A stretch of 64,000 bases of DNA from Amylibacter sp. (GTDB taxonomy: Bacteria; Pseudomonadota; Alphaproteobacteria; Rhodobacterales; Rhodobacteraceae), in the NCBI GenBank assembly GCA_965261565.1, contig OZ253460.1, positions 187,951 through 251,950 on the forward strand. The letters run 5' to 3'. How positions within the stretch are numbered: the stretch's first letter is position 1; every line of letters starts with the position of its first letter. The translations under genes and the position numbers were made by a program. Shown piece after piece: positions 61,493-64,000 of this stretch. The notes under the pieces are model-generated. The model was not told where the DNA came from and ran no database searches. It saw only the letters and a program-made list of their open reading frames with translations.

Positions 61493-63988
61493 TTAGAACC
61501 TGTCCAGCAAGCGATCCAGATAATCCAGTTCCAGTTGTGGCCGGCTGCGTTCGCCTGATCTGCGGCGAATTTCCTCTAATATCTCTTTTGATCGGCGCAA
61601 CTGATCACCTGAATGCAAACGTTCTCCGTCGGTTTTTGTATTTCCGGCCGATCTGCCAAGTGGATCTTGTGTATCCGGCCCAGCGGTATCACTATCCTGT
61701 TGCCCATCGTTATTTTGGCCACGGTTCGCCTGTTGATTAGCCTCGTTCAACTGCCGCATGCCCTGTCGCAAGGCTTCAACCGCATCGGCCTGATTATCCA
61801 ATGCTTCCGAACCACGACCCTGTTCCAGATTATCCCGTGCCTGGCCCATTTGACGTTCAGCCTCTCGAAGTGCTTCACGTGCGGCTTGCCCGGCCTGACT
61901 GTCATCAGGGCCCAATTCGCCCAATTGTTTCTGCATCAAACCGCGCAAAGCCTCTTGCCGTTGCGCAAGATCACTTTGATTGTCATTTTGTGAATTTCCC
62001 TGTTTGCCGCCTTCTTTCTGGCCCTCTTGCTGTCCTTGTTGCTGTTGTCCCTGACCTTGCTGATCTTCACTATCTTCGTTGCGATTAAACTCTTCTTGCA
62101 TTTGCTGAAAATTTTCATCCGCCAAGTCCTGTTGCTCGCGCAATGTATCTTGCAAGCCTTCCGCAGAACTCTGGTTCTGCCCTTCGCCGCTTGAACCATT
62201 ATTGGTCACTTGCATATTTTCAAGCAGTTGTTGCAGTTGATCCATCAACGCCTGAGCCTCGTCCATACGGCCTTGTTCCATTAACTCCTGTATTTGATCC
62301 ATCATCTCTTGCAGCATATCGGGCGAAACTTGTTGTGCGTTTTCATTTTCTGCCTGTTGATCTTGCGGCTTTGCATTCTCGGCTAATTGGCGCAAATACT
62401 CATCCGTAGCTTTACGCAATTCGTCCATTAATTCAGCTATTTCATCTTTTGTGGCGCCGTTTTTCATGGCTTCTGACAAACGTTCCTGTGCCCGCTTAAG
62501 ACGCGCTGCTGCATCGGATAAATCACCGTCTTCGATCAACAAAGCCGCGCGCCATAGCTTCTCGGCCACATCGTTTTGCAAGACATCATCTATCGGGCGC
62601 ATTTGCGTATAGCCAATGCGCCGAATTACCGAACGCACTAATAAATAGGCCCGTAGATTTGAAAACCCATCCTTAGGTAAGTAAGTCAATGTGCGCAAGA
62701 TCATCTCTGCACGATCTATATTCACGCGATTCCATAAAATATCACGCCGTTGTTCGGCTAGGGCACCTGCAAGCGTGTCAAAAAAACGCTTGCCCGGCAT
62801 CGCCATATAAACCGGTTCAATCGCAGCCATATTTCCAGCGGCATCCACCACATTTAAGTTTATTATCACCGGCAAACCTGCCCAAGGGTGTTTTGCCAAA
62901 TCTTCAATAACCGTTTCTTCAAAATCTGTGCCATCCGTATTGAACGGAACAGGAAGATCAAATGTAATGGGGTCAACGTTTTCAGGTTCAGAAACCAAAC
63001 CATAACGACGATCCAGATTATCTGTATCAAGCGTTATTTCAACTGTACCGCCAATGATCCCATAATCATCTTTTGCGGTATACGGTATTTGAACCGACCC
63101 TTGTATCGTGCGCGAAATTTCATCCGTTAGCGCAACACTGGGCGGCATATCGGGGATCATAACAATTTCCCATTGCGCCACAGTACGGTAGCCTTTTTTC
63201 AATATAAGTGTACCGCTATTGCTGACCTTTAAAGTAGCCTCTTCAGAAAATTTTGCATTATCTTCTTCCAATGTTGCTATGTCACTAACAATTTCCAGTT
63301 CTGATCCACCATAGCTGCGTAATATAAGCCGGGTACCTTCCGGTAATTCCAGTGCGGTTCCGTCTTCAAGCGCATTCAGGTAAATCGATGGAAACCCAGT
63401 ATAGCCGGGTGGATCCGCCCAGGCTTCAAAGCTGGCAACAGTTTGCGTTGTACCACTTGCCAGATCCTGTAGTGTTTCCATCAAAGATTGTTCTGTGCTG
63501 GCTCGCCCGAATAAGATCGCGCTGCTAAAGAACAGTAAAACGATCAGGCGTATTGCCCAAGGGTCGAATTTTGCCAAACGGATATGCGGCGCCGTCACGT
63601 TTGCATTGTCAGCTTCTATTGCCATGTGGTGTTGATGAAGCTGCCAAAGTTCCTGCGATGCTTTATCTTCCGCGCCAATAAACTGTTTATCAACCAAAGA
63701 TGCCACAGGGTTACCATTCGCATTGGCATCCAGTCGCGTAATAGCTTCATTCCGGTCCGCATGCGAAAACTTGCGCAGCCCTTTCCAGAAATAAACCGCA
63801 AAGCCTGCAAGCAAGGTAAAATACAGACCCAAGCTTACAAAATATGGAAAAACGACATGAACCTGCCAGATCAAAAGACTGAACAGTAACAATATAACAA
63901 TGGTACAAGGCCAGAACGCCAGTGCAAAACGTTCAAAATTTAAAGCCAGACCGGACAAACCTATCTTGGCCCTCAATGATTTACTCAA
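61493..63988 (-). CDS. TIGR02302/DUF4175-family large membrane protein
   Basis: 831 aa with N-terminal TM helices and a C-terminal Q/E/D-rich coiled/low-complexity region (QGQGQQQQGQQEGQKEGGKQGNSQ). Confidence 0.7.
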   Translation of the reverse strand: MSKSLRAKIGLSGLALNFERFALAFWPCTIVILLLFSLLIWQVHVVFPYFVSLGLYFTLLAGFAVYFWKGLRKFSHADRNEAITRLDANANGNPVASLVDKQFIGAEDKASQELWQLHQHHMAIEADNANVTAPHIRLAKFDPWAIRLIVLLFFSSAILFGRASTEQSLMETLQDLASGTTQTVASFEAWADPPGYTGFPSIYLNALEDGTALELPEGTRLILRSYGGSELEIVSDIATLEEDNAKFSEEATLKVSNSGTLILKKGYRTVAQWEIVMIPDMPPSVALTDEISRTIQGSVQIPYTAKDDYGIIGGTVEITLDTDNLDRRYGLVSEPENVDPITFDLPVPFNTDGTDFEETVIEDLAKHPWAGLPVIINLNVVDAAGNMAAIEPVYMAMPGKRFFDTLAGALAEQRRDILWNRVNIDRAEMILRTLTYLPKDGFSNLRAYLLVRSVIRRIGYTQMRPIDDVLQNDVAEKLWRAALLIEDGDLSDAAARLKRAQERLSEAMKNGATKDEIAELMDELRKATDEYLRQLAENAKPQDQQAENENAQQVSPDMLQEMMDQIQELMEQGRMDEAQALMDQLQQLLENMQVTNNGSSGEGQNQSSAEGLQDTLREQQDLADENFQQMQEEFNRNEDSEDQQGQGQQQQGQQEGQKEGGKQGNSQNDNQSDLAQRQEALRGLMQKQLGELGPDDSQAGQAAREALREAERQMGQARDNLEQGRGSEALDNQADAVEALRQGMRQLNEANQQANRGQNNDGQQDSDTAGPDTQDPLGRSAGNTKTDGERLHSGDQLRRSKEILEEIRRRSGERSRPQLELDYLDRLLDRF

Positions 63989-64000
63989 TGAGGCAATTGA

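Overview
The window looks like a mid-GC alphaproteobacterial chromosome segment. That is an inference from gene content and order: fabA-fabB-fabI, aap/bzt-type amino-acid ABC transporter, chvI-chvG-hprK-rapZ-EIIA-NPr divergent from pckA, rpoZ-spoT-pdxJ-acpS-lepB-rnc-era-recO, def-def-fmt and ftsEX. About 90% of it is densely packed housekeeping genes, called from recognisable motifs. I found no rRNA, CRISPR array, transposase/IS or recombinase ORF. RNA features are one tRNA-Trp(CCA) on the minus strand and a TPP riboswitch upstream of thiC. The only clearly accessory locus is ~10.9-15.05 kb, abutting the 3' end of tRNA-Trp. There, an exact 18-bp copy of the tRNA 3' end occurs three times, separating two small units of ~1.05 and ~2.1 kb. 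Each unit carries one plus-strand gene (a 171-aa orphan; a Methyltransf_24-like methyltransferase). Each is framed by the same ~150-bp arm A and ~204-bp arm B, the layout expected from two serial site-specific integrations. No integrase is encoded in either unit or anywhere in the window. This tandem array of integrase-less single-gene cassettes is the top candidate for something unusual, together with its repeated arm motifs, a diverged solo copy at ~4.09-4.21 kb and an inverted partial copy inside cassette 2. Lesser findings are a def paralogue with catalytic-site substitutions that predict loss of activity, a perfect palindrome upstream of aapJ next to a LysR gene, and a DUF898-M48 peptidase pair.
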